The notes beneath the pieces were generated by a model, which was given only the letters and a program-made list of their open reading frames with translations, ran no database searches and was not told where the DNA came from. From assembly GCA_903935355.1 (NCBI GenBank), contig CAIZRK010000032.1:40661-104660 (forward strand): DNA of 64,000 nt. Direction: 5' to 3'. Shown here one piece after another: positions 1 to 9,064 of this stretch; position 1 is the stretch's first letter, and each line of letters starts with the position of its first letter. This DNA is from an uncultured beta proteobacterium. GTDB lineage: Bacteria; Pseudomonadota; Gammaproteobacteria; Burkholderiales; Burkholderiaceae. A program made the position numbers and the translations under genes.

Positions 1-785
1 GTCTGAGCAGGCGCTACAGTAATGGAGTCACCCGTATGGATGCCCATCGGATCTAAGTTTTCAATAGAGCAAACAATGATGCAATTATCGGCACGGTCAC
101 GCACTACTTCCATCTCGAATTCTTTCCAACCCAATAAGGATTCTTCGATCAAGAGTTCACGAGTAGGAGATAAATCTAAACCACGTTTACATATTTCTTC
201 AAATTCTTCACGGTTGTACGCTATGCCACCACCAGATCCACCCATCGTGAATGAGGGGCGTATAACCACTGGAAATCCTGGGCTACCAGTCTCCACCTGA
301 ATACGCTGTTGCACTTCATGGGCCTCATCCATCGAATGCGCAATGCCAGATTTCGCAGAACCCAAACCAATCTTTGTCATGGCATCTTTAAATTTCTGCC
401 GATCTTCTGCTTTATCAATCGCTTCTGGTGAGGCACCAATGAGTTCACAGCCGTACTTCTCAAGAATGCCATGACGATGTAAGTCAAGAGCGCAGTTCAA
501 GGCAGTTTGACCGCCCATGGTTGGCAAAATAGCGTCTGGTTTTTCAGTGGCAATAATGCGTTCCACCACCTCCCAAGTAATAGGCTCGATGTAAGTAACA
601 TCAGCCATCTCTGGGTCTGTCATGATGGTTGCAGGATTGCTATTGACCAAAATTACTTTGTAACCTTCGTCACGCAAAGCTTTACAAGCCTGCGCACCTG
701 AATAGTCAAACTCACAAGCTTGGCCAATCACAATCGGGCCGGCACCAATAATGAGAATGCTCTGAATATCGCTACGCTTAGGCAT
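1..785 (-). CDS. carB: carbamoyl-phosphate synthase large subunit, N-terminal part (gene runs off the left edge)
   Basis: The reverse-strand ATG at 783-785 overlaps the carA stop (TAATG). My translation reads [44 protein letters not shown]..., the canonical CarB N-terminus. The frame stays open to position 1, which is why it is missing from the ORF track. Confidence 0.9.
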   Translation of the reverse strand, partial: MPKRSDIQSILIIGAGPIVIGQACEFDYSGAQACKALRDEGYKVILVNSNPATIMTDPEMADVTYIEPITWEVVERIIATEKPDAILPTMGGQTALNCALDLHRHGILEKYGCELIGASPEAIDKAEDRQKFKDAMTKIGLGSAKSGIAHSMDEAHEVQQRIQVETGSPGFPVVIRPSFTMGGSGGGIAYNREEFEEICKRGLDLSPTRELLIEESLLGWKEFEMEVVRDRADNCIIVCSIENLDPMGIHTGDSITVAPAQ

Positions 786-1987
786 TATTCGCCCTCCCTA
801 TTACCAACAGCGGCAGCATTCATTAGCTCCACGAAACGATCAAACAAATAGGCAATGTCATGCGGGCCTGGTGAGGCCTCTGGGTGTCCCTGGAAACACA
901 AAGCAGGCTTATATTTCCAGGCAAGGCCTTGTAAGGAACCATCAAATAAAGAAACGTGCGTTATACGGATATTATCAGGCAAGGTATTTGCATCAACTGC
1001 AAAACCATGGTTCTGAGAGGTAATCGCTACTCGCCCAGTATCTAAATCCTTAACTGGATGATTGGCACCATGATGACCAAACTTCATCTTCAAGGTTTTG
1101 GCGCCTGCTGCTAATCCCATAATTTGGTGACCCAAACAAATACCGAAGGTTGGAATACCTTTATCAATAATTTCTTTTGCGGCAGTGATTGCGTAGTCAC
1201 AAGGCCCAGGATCTCCAGGCCCGTTTGAAAAAAATACCCCATCAGGATTTAGAGCCAAGACTTCTGCAGCGCTAGTTTGCGCTGGGACAATGGTTAATTG
1301 ACAACCTCGCTCAGTTAGCATGCGCAAAATATTGCGCTTCACACCGAAGTCATAAGCTACTACTTTTTTGAGAGGCTTGCGCTCGTCTAAAGTTCTGTAA
1401 GCAGGCTTGCCATCCGGACCATGTAAATCCCACTCAGCCTCACGCCATTGATAAGATTTTTTAGTGCTTACTACTTTAGCCAGATCTAATCCAGCCATTC
1501 CTGGAAAAGCTTTGGCTAACTCAAGTGCTTTTATGCCAAGAGTCTGCACATCATCGCCCATTTGGCCAGCCACAATAGCACCAGATTGAGAGCCCTTGTC
1601 ACGCAGAATACGGGTCAGTTGCCGAGTATCGATGCCAGAAATACCCACTACACCAGCTTTAGATAGATAGCTATCCAAGCTAATTTCTGAACGGAAATTC
1701 GAGACGCGCTTAGACAGGTCTTTAACCACTAAGCCTGCAGCATGAATGTGATCAGACTCGGCATCCTGGTCATTAATTCCGACATTTCCAATATGGGGGT
1801 AAGTTAAGGTCACAATTTGACGTGAATAACTTGGATCGGTAATGATCTCTTGATAACCGGTCAACGCGGTGTTGAAAACGACTTCGCCAGTAGTTTGACC
1901 AGGGGCACCAATACTCAAACCAGAAAATAATGTGCCATCGGCTAAAGCCAACACGGCGGGAGGAAAAGAAGGAAGCAAGGGTGACAA
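785..1987 (-). CDS. carA: carbamoyl-phosphate synthase small (glutamine amidotransferase) subunit
   Basis: 400-aa ORF with LADGTLF...[12 protein letters not shown] and the amidotransferase block [10 protein letters not shown]. It lies directly upstream of carB and is translationally coupled to it. The track start is TTG; a second TTG at 1978 (MLPSFPP...) is an alternative start. Confidence 0.92.
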   Translation of the reverse strand: MSPLLPSFPPAVLALADGTLFSGLSIGAPGQTTGEVVFNTALTGYQEIITDPSYSRQIVTLTYPHIGNVGINDQDAESDHIHAAGLVVKDLSKRVSNFRSEISLDSYLSKAGVVGISGIDTRQLTRILRDKGSQSGAIVAGQMGDDVQTLGIKALELAKAFPGMAGLDLAKVVSTKKSYQWREAEWDLHGPDGKPAYRTLDERKPLKKVVAYDFGVKRNILRMLTERGCQLTIVPAQTSAAEVLALNPDGVFFSNGPGDPGPCDYAITAAKEIIDKGIPTFGICLGHQIMGLAAGAKTLKMKFGHHGANHPVKDLDTGRVAITSQNHGFAVDANTLPDNIRITHVSLFDGSLQGLAWKYKPALCFQGHPEASPGPHDIAYLFDRFVELMNAAAVGNREGE

Positions 1988-2165
1988 ACCATCTCCAGTC
2001 CCTGCTCCATCCGACGCTCAACACCCCAAAAGACTAACCCAGGACTATTTGTGCGGGAGGTGAGTGTCTTTAAGCGCTAGGGTAATTTAATAAGTTTCGA
2101 ATCAGGTAATGATACCAGTTTTGCGTATAAACCCTTGGATTCCCAGCCAAGTAGGCTTAAAAGGA

Positions 2166-2201
2166 AATAAGCCCCAAGGTCATCAAACCGAGGGGCTTAT
2201 T
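2166..2201 (-). terminator. putative intrinsic terminator downstream of prpE
   Basis: Perfect 10-bp inverted repeat aataagcccc (2166-2175) / ggggcttatt (2192-2201), 35 nt after the prpE stop. The loop is long (16 nt) and the U-tract is weak. Confidence 0.45.
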
Positions 2202-2235
2202 AAAGGGTGCTTCTTGAATTTACGATTGGGCTTGA

Positions 2236-4119
2236 TTAGGGCTTAGCTGTCTGCTCAATGATGGTCTTGATTTGAGCCAATACGGTTTGATCTTCCATAG
2301 TGCTGATATCACCAGGATCGCGCCCTTCAGCAACAGCTTGAAGCGCACGACGAACAATCTTGCCAGAACGGGTCTTTGGTAATGCGGTAACGATATACAC
2401 GCGTCCGGGACGAGCAATAGCGCCTAAAGTGGTATCCACGGTCTTCATGCATTCCGCCTCTAAAGTAGCGGTATTAGAAGAATCTTTCGGAATTACAAAA
2501 GCAATCGCAGCCTGTCCTTTGAGTTTGTCCTCAATACCAACCACAGCCACCTCAGAAACATTGGAATGCCCAGAGATGCTCTCCTCAATCTCGCGAGTAC
2601 CTAAACGATGACCGGCAACGTTAATCACGTCATCGGTACGACCCAAGATAAAGAAGTAACCATCTTCATCCTTGATACCCCAGTCAAAGGTGGAATAAAT
2701 CATCTTGCCAGGTATGGTTTCCCAATAGGTACTCACAAAACGTTTGTCATCACCCCAAACTGTTTGCATACAACCAGGAGGCAATGGGCCCTCAATCGCA
2801 ATCACCCCTTTTTGGTCTGGCCCTAACTCGGCTGATGTTGCATCATCTAGCAACTTCATGTTGTAACCAAATGAAGGAACACCAGGAGAGCCAAACTTAT
2901 GCGGCATCACTTCAACACCACGCTGTATTGCTAACATTGGCCAACCTGTTTCTGTCTGCCAGTAGTTATCCACGATGGGTTTATTGATTGCTCCATGAAT
3001 CCAGGTTGCCGTTGGCTCATCTAATGGCTCACCCGCTAAAAATAGAGCGCGCAAACTTGAGAGGTCATATTTGGTCAAAAAGGCAGGGTCTTGTTTTTTA
3101 AGAACACGCACTGCAGTTGGTGCCGAGAACATGACTGAAACCTTGTACTTCTCAACCAACTCCCACCAAATACCAGCATCAGGACGTAATGGCGTGCCCT
3201 CATACATGATGGTAGCCATTCCATTTAATAAAGGTCCATAAATAATATAGCTATGACCCACAACCCAGCCAATATCTGAGGTTGTAAACATCGTTTCGCC
3301 AGGCTTGCCACAAAAAATATGGTTCATTGTGGCAGTCAAAGCTACTGCATAACCACCAGTATCACGTTGCACGCCCTTAGGCTTACCAGTTGTGCCAGAC
3401 GTGTACAAAATATATGACGGATGGGTTGCATCAACCCACTCCACTGGCACGATATCGTTTAAATGTTTTTGACGTTCAGAAGCGTAATCTAAGTCACGAC
3501 CAGCAACCGTAGTGAACTCTGTTAAACCGCGGTTCACGATTAAAACTTTTTCAGGCTTGTAGTCAGCAAGTGTGATTGCTTCATCGAGCAAAGGTTTATA
3601 AGGAACTGCTTTGCCACCACGCGCGCCCGCCTCTGCGGTCACAATCATTTTCGGCTTTGCATCATCAATTCGTGAAGCCAAGCTATGGGATGCAAAGCCA
3701 CCAAATACTACAGAGTGAATAGCGCCAATACGTGCACAAGCGAGCATTGCAAAACAGGCTTCTGCAATCATTGGCATGTAAATGAGAACACGGTCACCCT
3801 TTTGAATGCCATTGGCTTTATAAATCGCCGCCATCCGATTAACTTCCTCATAAAGCTCTTTAAAGGTATAGGCTTTTTCTATATTGGTTTCGGTTGACAC
3901 AGCAACCAAAGCAATTTGATCGGGACGATCTTTGAGATGACGATCGACAGCGTTGTAGCAAAGATTTGTTAAGCCGCCCTCAAACCACTTCGCAAACGGA
4001 GGGTTTGCATAATCGAGCACTTTATTGAAGGGCTTTTCCCAATGTATTAACTTTGCCTGTTCTCCCCAAAAACCATCTGGATCTTTAATGGAGCGTTCGT
4101 GTTCTGATTTGTAGGACAT
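2236..4119 (-). CDS. prpE: propionate--CoA ligase (acetyl/propionyl-CoA synthetase family)
   Basis: 627-aa ORF with the AMP-binding signature YTSGTTGKPKG. The N-terminus (ERSIKDPDGFWGEQAK...GGLTNLCYNAVDRH) and C-terminus (PKTRSGKIVRRALQAVAEGRDPGD) match PrpE-type enzymes as I remember them. Confidence 0.8.
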   Translation of the reverse strand: MSYKSEHERSIKDPDGFWGEQAKLIHWEKPFNKVLDYANPPFAKWFEGGLTNLCYNAVDRHLKDRPDQIALVAVSTETNIEKAYTFKELYEEVNRMAAIYKANGIQKGDRVLIYMPMIAEACFAMLACARIGAIHSVVFGGFASHSLASRIDDAKPKMIVTAEAGARGGKAVPYKPLLDEAITLADYKPEKVLIVNRGLTEFTTVAGRDLDYASERQKHLNDIVPVEWVDATHPSYILYTSGTTGKPKGVQRDTGGYAVALTATMNHIFCGKPGETMFTTSDIGWVVGHSYIIYGPLLNGMATIMYEGTPLRPDAGIWWELVEKYKVSVMFSAPTAVRVLKKQDPAFLTKYDLSSLRALFLAGEPLDEPTATWIHGAINKPIVDNYWQTETGWPMLAIQRGVEVMPHKFGSPGVPSFGYNMKLLDDATSAELGPDQKGVIAIEGPLPPGCMQTVWGDDKRFVSTYWETIPGKMIYSTFDWGIKDEDGYFFILGRTDDVINVAGHRLGTREIEESISGHSNVSEVAVVGIEDKLKGQAAIAFVIPKDSSNTATLEAECMKTVDTTLGAIARPGRVYIVTALPKTRSGKIVRRALQAVAEGRDPGDISTMEDQTVLAQIKTIIEQTAKP

Positions 4120-4166
4120 GTTCTACCTAAATATGTAAATTAAAGTTACTGGAATTCAACAAAAAA

Positions 4167-5576
4167 TTACTGAGTTTTACTGACGCCTTTACCGCTTACC
4201 ACCTTAACTGGTGTAACAGAAGCATTTGCAACTCCATTTTTCGCAGATTTTGCAAGCCCTGTCGATGCGGATTTATGCTGAGAAACCACATTATTTACAG
4301 GGGAATTACCCTTAGAAACCCCTTTTGAAACCTTTGATGAGGCACATTTAGCCCCTTTTGCGCATTTTTTAGTCTTTACAGGGCTTGGCTTTTCTAGATT
4401 AAGACTCGCATTTTCGGCCATTGCTACTGAAATATCTCCTGGACGACGACTGGTTTTAGGAATTAAAACCGTTGATCCAGCCCGAATACGCATTCCCTTA
4501 GGTATTCCGTTCACCTCCCTTAGGTCATCCACATCTACTCCCAAAGTTTTGGCAGCCTGATCAACACTTTCTGTTCTAGTAACTTGCACTGCAGACCAAG
4601 TTGAGAGAGGTTTGGTGTAGCTCTTTAAGTTAGCTTGAAAGATTTCTGCATGCGCAAACGGCAGTAATATTTGCTGGTTTGCATTACTCAAAATGACTGG
4701 TTTATTAAATGAAGGATTCAGGTTATGAAACTCTTCGGAAGGTAATTCTGCCAGTTTAATAACCAAAGCAACGTCAATATCTGCACCCACATCGACCGCC
4801 ACAAAATAGGGGTGGTTTTCTAGGTCTGGCAGGACAATGCCATAAGCCTGTGGGTCTAATACAATTTGGCGATAGGCCATGAGCTTGGGAACATAGGTCC
4901 GAGTTTCCTTTGGCATTTTTAAGCTAAGGTAGTCTGTTGGTAAGCCTGCCACTAAATTGCGTTTCTGAGCTTTCGATACGTTACCTGCACCCCAGTTATA
5001 GGCTGCCAAAGCTAATTCCCAACTTCCAAATTGTTTATGTAAGCGCTGTAAATAATCGAGTGCTGCATCAGTAGATTGAATGACATCACGTCGCTCATCT
5101 CTAAAAACGTTCTGGGTTAAACGAAAATCTTTTCCGGTGGCAGGCATAAATTGCCATAAACCCATCGCTTTTGCACTTGATTTAGCATGTGTAACAAAAG
5201 CACTTTCAACAAAAGGAAGGAGTGCTATCTCAGTTGGCATATTTCGAGAATTAACCTCTTGCACAATATAGAATAAGTAACGCGAGGATCGCTCCATTGA
5301 ACGATGAACATAATCTGGGCGAGCACTTAACCAACGAACCTGCTCGATCTCTAGAGGGGTATTCATCGGCTCCATTTCAAAGCCATCCCGAATCCGTAAC
5401 CATAAATTGCTGGACGGGGCATACAGATCACTTACTGATTGATTCTGCAAGTTCACCCGTTTTGCTTTGGAGGATCGATCGCTCCCTTTTGTAGGGGTAT
5501 CAGATGACCAATCTCCCGTGCTAGCACAACCCGAAAGCACGACAATCAAGAGGATTGCCGCAGATCGCAAAAACAT
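4167..5576 (-). CDS. mltD: membrane-bound lytic murein transglycosylase D-like lipoprotein (SLT domain plus one LysM)
   Basis: Contains a lipobox (VLSGCAS), an SLT block (ALLPFVESAF...GLWQFMPATG) and a LysM-like segment (VQVTRTESVDQAAKTLGVDVDDLREVNGI). The ATG at 5576 overlaps the gloB stop (TGATG). The track's longer start at 5594 is TTG. Confidence 0.82.
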   Translation of the reverse strand: MFLRSAAILLIVVLSGCASTGDWSSDTPTKGSDRSSKAKRVNLQNQSVSDLYAPSSNLWLRIRDGFEMEPMNTPLEIEQVRWLSARPDYVHRSMERSSRYLFYIVQEVNSRNMPTEIALLPFVESAFVTHAKSSAKAMGLWQFMPATGKDFRLTQNVFRDERRDVIQSTDAALDYLQRLHKQFGSWELALAAYNWGAGNVSKAQKRNLVAGLPTDYLSLKMPKETRTYVPKLMAYRQIVLDPQAYGIVLPDLENHPYFVAVDVGADIDVALVIKLAELPSEEFHNLNPSFNKPVILSNANQQILLPFAHAEIFQANLKSYTKPLSTWSAVQVTRTESVDQAAKTLGVDVDDLREVNGIPKGMRIRAGSTVLIPKTSRRPGDISVAMAENASLNLEKPSPVKTKKCAKGAKCASSKVSKGVSKGNSPVNNVVSQHKSASTGLAKSAKNGVANASVTPVKVVSGKGVSKTQ

Positions 5577-6385
5577 CAGAACCGGTCCTTCCAAGCGCGG
5601 ATCACAGCCAATACATGGGCTGGAGAAGGTAAAGTTTTTTCACCCGATACCTTTAGAGCAGAATCGATGACTTCTTTTTGATCACAGCGCATAAAGGGGT
5701 TGACTTGAAGTTCTTGACCAATCGTACTGGGTAAGGTAGGTAAATTTTGTTCCCGTAATGACTTGGCAGTTTGTGCCCACGTAATTAAATTAGCATTATT
5801 GGGCTCAACTGTTAAGGCAAACCGAATATTAGATAAGGTGTACTCATGGGTACAAAACACTAAGGTATTTTTAGGCAAGGCCATGAACTTTGCTAAAGAT
5901 TGACTCATTTGCGTAGGGGTGCCCTCAAAGAGTCTGCCACAACCAGAGGCAAACAAGGTATCGCCACAAAATAGCATCGGCTCAACGATATTAGCTTGCA
6001 TATTAGCGAAATAAGCAATATGACTTAAGGTATGCCCAGGAACTTCGTAAACCTCAAGGCTAATCCGTGGGGAGGCAATCTCTACCTTATCCCCCTCTAT
6101 CACCACTTGTGTCCGTCCTGGAATATCGTCGCCCGCTGGACCATAAACTGGAATGGATGAACCTAATAACTGTAATAATTGCAAAATGCCGCCAGTGTGG
6201 TCAGCATGATGATGAGTGACTAAAATTCCCTTAAGAAAGAGATTTTCTTGTTTTAAGTATTGGAGTACAGGGCTAGCATCACCAGGATCAACCACGAGAG
6301 CAGAATCGCCATCATGAATACACCAAATGTAATTGTCATCAAAGGCCGGTATCGGCCAAACTTGCAATAAAGTATTCTTCACCAT
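5576..6385 (-). CDS. gloB: hydroxyacylglutathione hydrolase (glyoxalase II)
   Basis: 269-aa ORF with the metallo-beta-lactamase motif THHHADHTGG, the FDDNYIW N-terminus and a typical GloB length. The mltD-gloB pairing is conserved, as in E. coli. Confidence 0.9.
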   Translation of the reverse strand: MVKNTLLQVWPIPAFDDNYIWCIHDGDSALVVDPGDASPVLQYLKQENLFLKGILVTHHHADHTGGILQLLQLLGSSIPVYGPAGDDIPGRTQVVIEGDKVEIASPRISLEVYEVPGHTLSHIAYFANMQANIVEPMLFCGDTLFASGCGRLFEGTPTQMSQSLAKFMALPKNTLVFCTHEYTLSNIRFALTVEPNNANLITWAQTAKSLREQNLPTLPSTIGQELQVNPFMRCDQKEVIDSALKVSGEKTLPSPAHVLAVIRAWKDRF

Positions 6386-6391
6386 AGGCTC

Positions 6392-7201
6392 ATGATACCA
6401 ACCCCACCCATTCCTGCCCAGATGCCTGCACCACCATGGAGATCATGGGAAAAATGGCTACAATCCCCACCAGGGCGATATGTGCTTGCCTGGGAGCAAA
6501 AATGCTTTGATCTAATCGTAGCAGACGTTTTTGGCTTTCATGCGGTACAAATCGGTCTACCCCAAATAAATACCCTTGCTGAGAATCGCATGCCACTGCA
6601 TGCCCTTTTAATGCATGACAACGATAGGCTAAATCACACAAGTTCGTTTAACTGGCATCTCATTGAGGGCAATCCAAATGAGCTACCTTTTGCTAGTGAA
6701 AGTATTGATTTATTAGTCTTACCTCACGTTCTTGAATTTGCTGCCGATCCCCACCAAATTCTACGAGAAGCTGAGAGAGTATTGCGTCCAGAAGGACGCC
6801 TTACGATCTCTGGGTTTAATCCAGCTAGCCTGTGGGGTGCTCGACAGTACTTAAGTCGCTTAATCGGGACTCCTTACCTTCCTCGTGATGGCCAATTTAT
6901 CAGCCTACTTCGCATTAAAGATTGGTTGCAGCTATTAAACTTTTCATTAGATAGAGGGCATTTTGGCTGCTACAAGCTCCCCTTACAAGGTGAATCGAGC
7001 ATGTCTCGTATGCAATTTTTAGAGTCTATGGGTAACCGATGGTGGCCGATTTTTGGGGCTGTATTTATCGTATCGGCCATAAAACGCCAGCAAGGTATAC
7101 GCTTAGTAGGCCAAATCCAATCTATTCGGATTCCTAGCATTGGACAATTAAGTCCTGCTACGGAAATACGCAAGAACCTCACTCAAGAGCAAGACCTATA
7201 A
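6392..7201 (+). CDS. class I SAM-dependent methyltransferase (YafS-like)
   Basis: 269-aa ORF with the block [19 protein letters not shown]...[22 protein letters not shown], typical of Methyltransf_11-type proteins. It lies between gloB and rnhA, as yafS does in E. coli. An alternative ATG is at 6422. Confidence 0.75.
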   Translation: MIPTPPIPAQMPAPPWRSWEKWLQSPPGRYVLAWEQKCFDLIVADVFGFHAVQIGLPQINTLAENRMPLHALLMHDNDRLNHTSSFNWHLIEGNPNELPFASESIDLLVLPHVLEFAADPHQILREAERVLRPEGRLTISGFNPASLWGARQYLSRLIGTPYLPRDGQFISLLRIKDWLQLLNFSLDRGHFGCYKLPLQGESSMSRMQFLESMGNRWWPIFGAVFIVSAIKRQQGIRLVGQIQSIRIPSIGQLSPATEIRKNLTQEQDL

Positions 7202-7212
7202 AAATTAACCTT

Positions 7213-7668
7213 ATGCCGCATTCAAATAACCTACCCCACATCATTATTTATACCGATGGTGCATGTAAAGGCAATCCTGGCCCTGGGGGCTGGGGCGCCG
7301 TTTTACGCTCTGGTAAACATGAAAAGCACATCCATGGTGGAGCTCATCTAAGCACCAATAACCGCATGGAAATCAGTGCGGTTATACATGCATTACGGGC
7401 TCTAAAACAAAGAAGTTCAGTTGAGTTATGGACCGACTCTCAGTATGTTCAAAAAGGCGTAACCGAGTGGTTAGAGGGTTGGAAAAAACGGGGTTGGAAA
7501 ACTGCCGGCAAAGGACCTGTTAAAAACGCTGATTTATGGCAAGAATTAGATCTTTTACTGCCTGATCACCAAATTTCTTGGCACTGGGTTCGAGGGCATA
7601 ATGGCCATCCTGGAAACGAATTAGCCGACCTCTTAGCAAATCGTGGTGTTGAAGAATATCTGCCCTAA
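7213..7668 (+). CDS. rnhA: ribonuclease HI
   Basis: 151-aa ORF with [34 protein letters not shown] and [17 protein letters not shown], the RNase H catalytic signature. Confidence 0.95.
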   Translation: MPHSNNLPHIIIYTDGACKGNPGPGGWGAVLRSGKHEKHIHGGAHLSTNNRMEISAVIHALRALKQRSSVELWTDSQYVQKGVTEWLEGWKKRGWKTAGKGPVKNADLWQELDLLLPDHQISWHWVRGHNGHPGNELADLLANRGVEEYLP

Positions 7669-7774
7669 ATCGCATCTTGCCCACAAAATTCATTTTGAAT
7701 GGTCTTATGAGAGAATGAACTGGCTCTAGCAATGCAATGCAACTCTATATAAAACCAAGAAAAATTACAAAATC

Positions 7775-9064
7775 GTGTCAAAAATTCAATCTGTAATCGA
7801 TCAGTGGATGGGTAAGGTCTTGGCCCTCAAAAATTGGACTCTAGCGCGCATATGCGCGCTCTGGAAAACCTACTCACCTAAACTGCTACAAATAGATTAT
7901 GTGCGGACTCAGTCATTTGTTCTGAAACATAAATGGCGCATCATAGCAATCCTCATTACTTTGTATGCCTTATCCAAAGCCTATGATTACTTTTTTCCTG
8001 CTTCTGACAAAGCTGGAGGCCTTGTCACAGTCACTACAGTGGTGATAGATAAGGCAGATGTCCCCTTAATCATTGAAGCGACTGGCACGATCGTTTCCAA
8101 TAGTATTGTTGATATTCGTCCCATGGTGACTAATACAGTTGCGAAAATACATGTCAAGGATGGGCAAGAAGTTAAAGCAGGTGAATTGTTATTTACCTTA
8201 GATGACCGCAATGACAAAGCTAATTATGAAAAACTCAAGTCATTGGCTGATGACGCCCAAAAGCAGTATTTGCGTGCAAAAGAGTTGGTAGATAAAAACT
8301 TTATATCCAAAGCAGGCCTCGAAACGTCTCTTGCCAATGCAAAATCAGCTCAAGCTGCTGCCCGCTCTGCTGAAGTGCAACTTTCATTTGATTCTATTCG
8401 ATCTCCCATCGATGGACGGGCTGGCATTGTGAATGTCTTCCCCGGCTCTTTAGTGCAAGCTAGCAATGTAGTCACCACCGCCACTAGCTCTACAGCAACT
8501 TCAAGCGTAGGTGCAATGGTGACTATTACTCAACTTAATCCGATTAATGTGCAATTTGTCATTCCTGAAAAAGATATCCCTGTTCTACTCGAGAATCAAC
8601 TCGATGGCGAGCCACTTGCCGTCAAAGTGACTGTGGGTGATTCAGGCAAACTGACGTATGAAGGTAAGGTACTTGTAATCGACAATCAAGTTGACCCTTC
8701 TATTGCGGCAGTGCGCGTAAAGGCACAAATACTCAATGATTCCTTGACCTTACTTCCAGGCCAATTTGCGCGAGTTTCTTTAGTTGCCAATACCTTAAAA
8801 AATGTACTTTCAGTTCCCTCGCAAGCCATTGTGATTAACCCACGAGGAAAGTTGGTATACGTTATTGATAAGGATGGCAAGGTAGTTTCTAAGCCGGTTA
8901 ATGTAGTTTATGAATACCGTGGATCCTCTGTGATCACTGGGATAGAGGCTGGCGATAAAGTAGTGGTTGAAGGCAAGCAAAACTTACGCCCTGGTAGCAA
9001 GGTAAAAGAAGCAAAAGTAGCAAGTCCATCACCTGCAGGGCCTGCCGTAGCTGACAAAAAATGA
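7775..9064 (+). CDS. RND efflux periplasmic adaptor (membrane fusion protein, HlyD family)
   Basis: 429-aa ORF with an N-terminal TM segment, a lipoyl/barrel-sandwich-like segment (VKDGQEVKAGELLFTLD) and a coiled-coil region. Its stop overlaps the start of the RND permease. The track start is GTG, so the true start is uncertain. Confidence 0.85.
   Translation: MSKIQSVIDQWMGKVLALKNWTLARICALWKTYSPKLLQIDYVRTQSFVLKHKWRIIAILITLYALSKAYDYFFPASDKAGGLVTVTTVVIDKADVPLIIEATGTIVSNSIVDIRPMVTNTVAKIHVKDGQEVKAGELLFTLDDRNDKANYEKLKSLADDAQKQYLRAKELVDKNFISKAGLETSLANAKSAQAAARSAEVQLSFDSIRSPIDGRAGIVNVFPGSLVQASNVVTTATSSTATSSVGAMVTITQLNPINVQFVIPEKDIPVLLENQLDGEPLAVKVTVGDSGKLTYEGKVLVIDNQVDPSIAAVRVKAQILNDSLTLLPGQFARVSLVANTLKNVLSVPSQAIVINPRGKLVYVIDKDGKVVSKPVNVVYEYRGSSVITGIEAGDKVVVEGKQNLRPGSKVKEAKVASPSPAGPAVADKK

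Noticed and set aside
7729-7743. Short tandem repeat gcaat-gcaat-gcaac upstream of the RND adaptor gene
   Set aside because: It has only three 5-nt units in an AT-rich spacer, with no second copy elsewhere in the window. This is too short to separate from chance.
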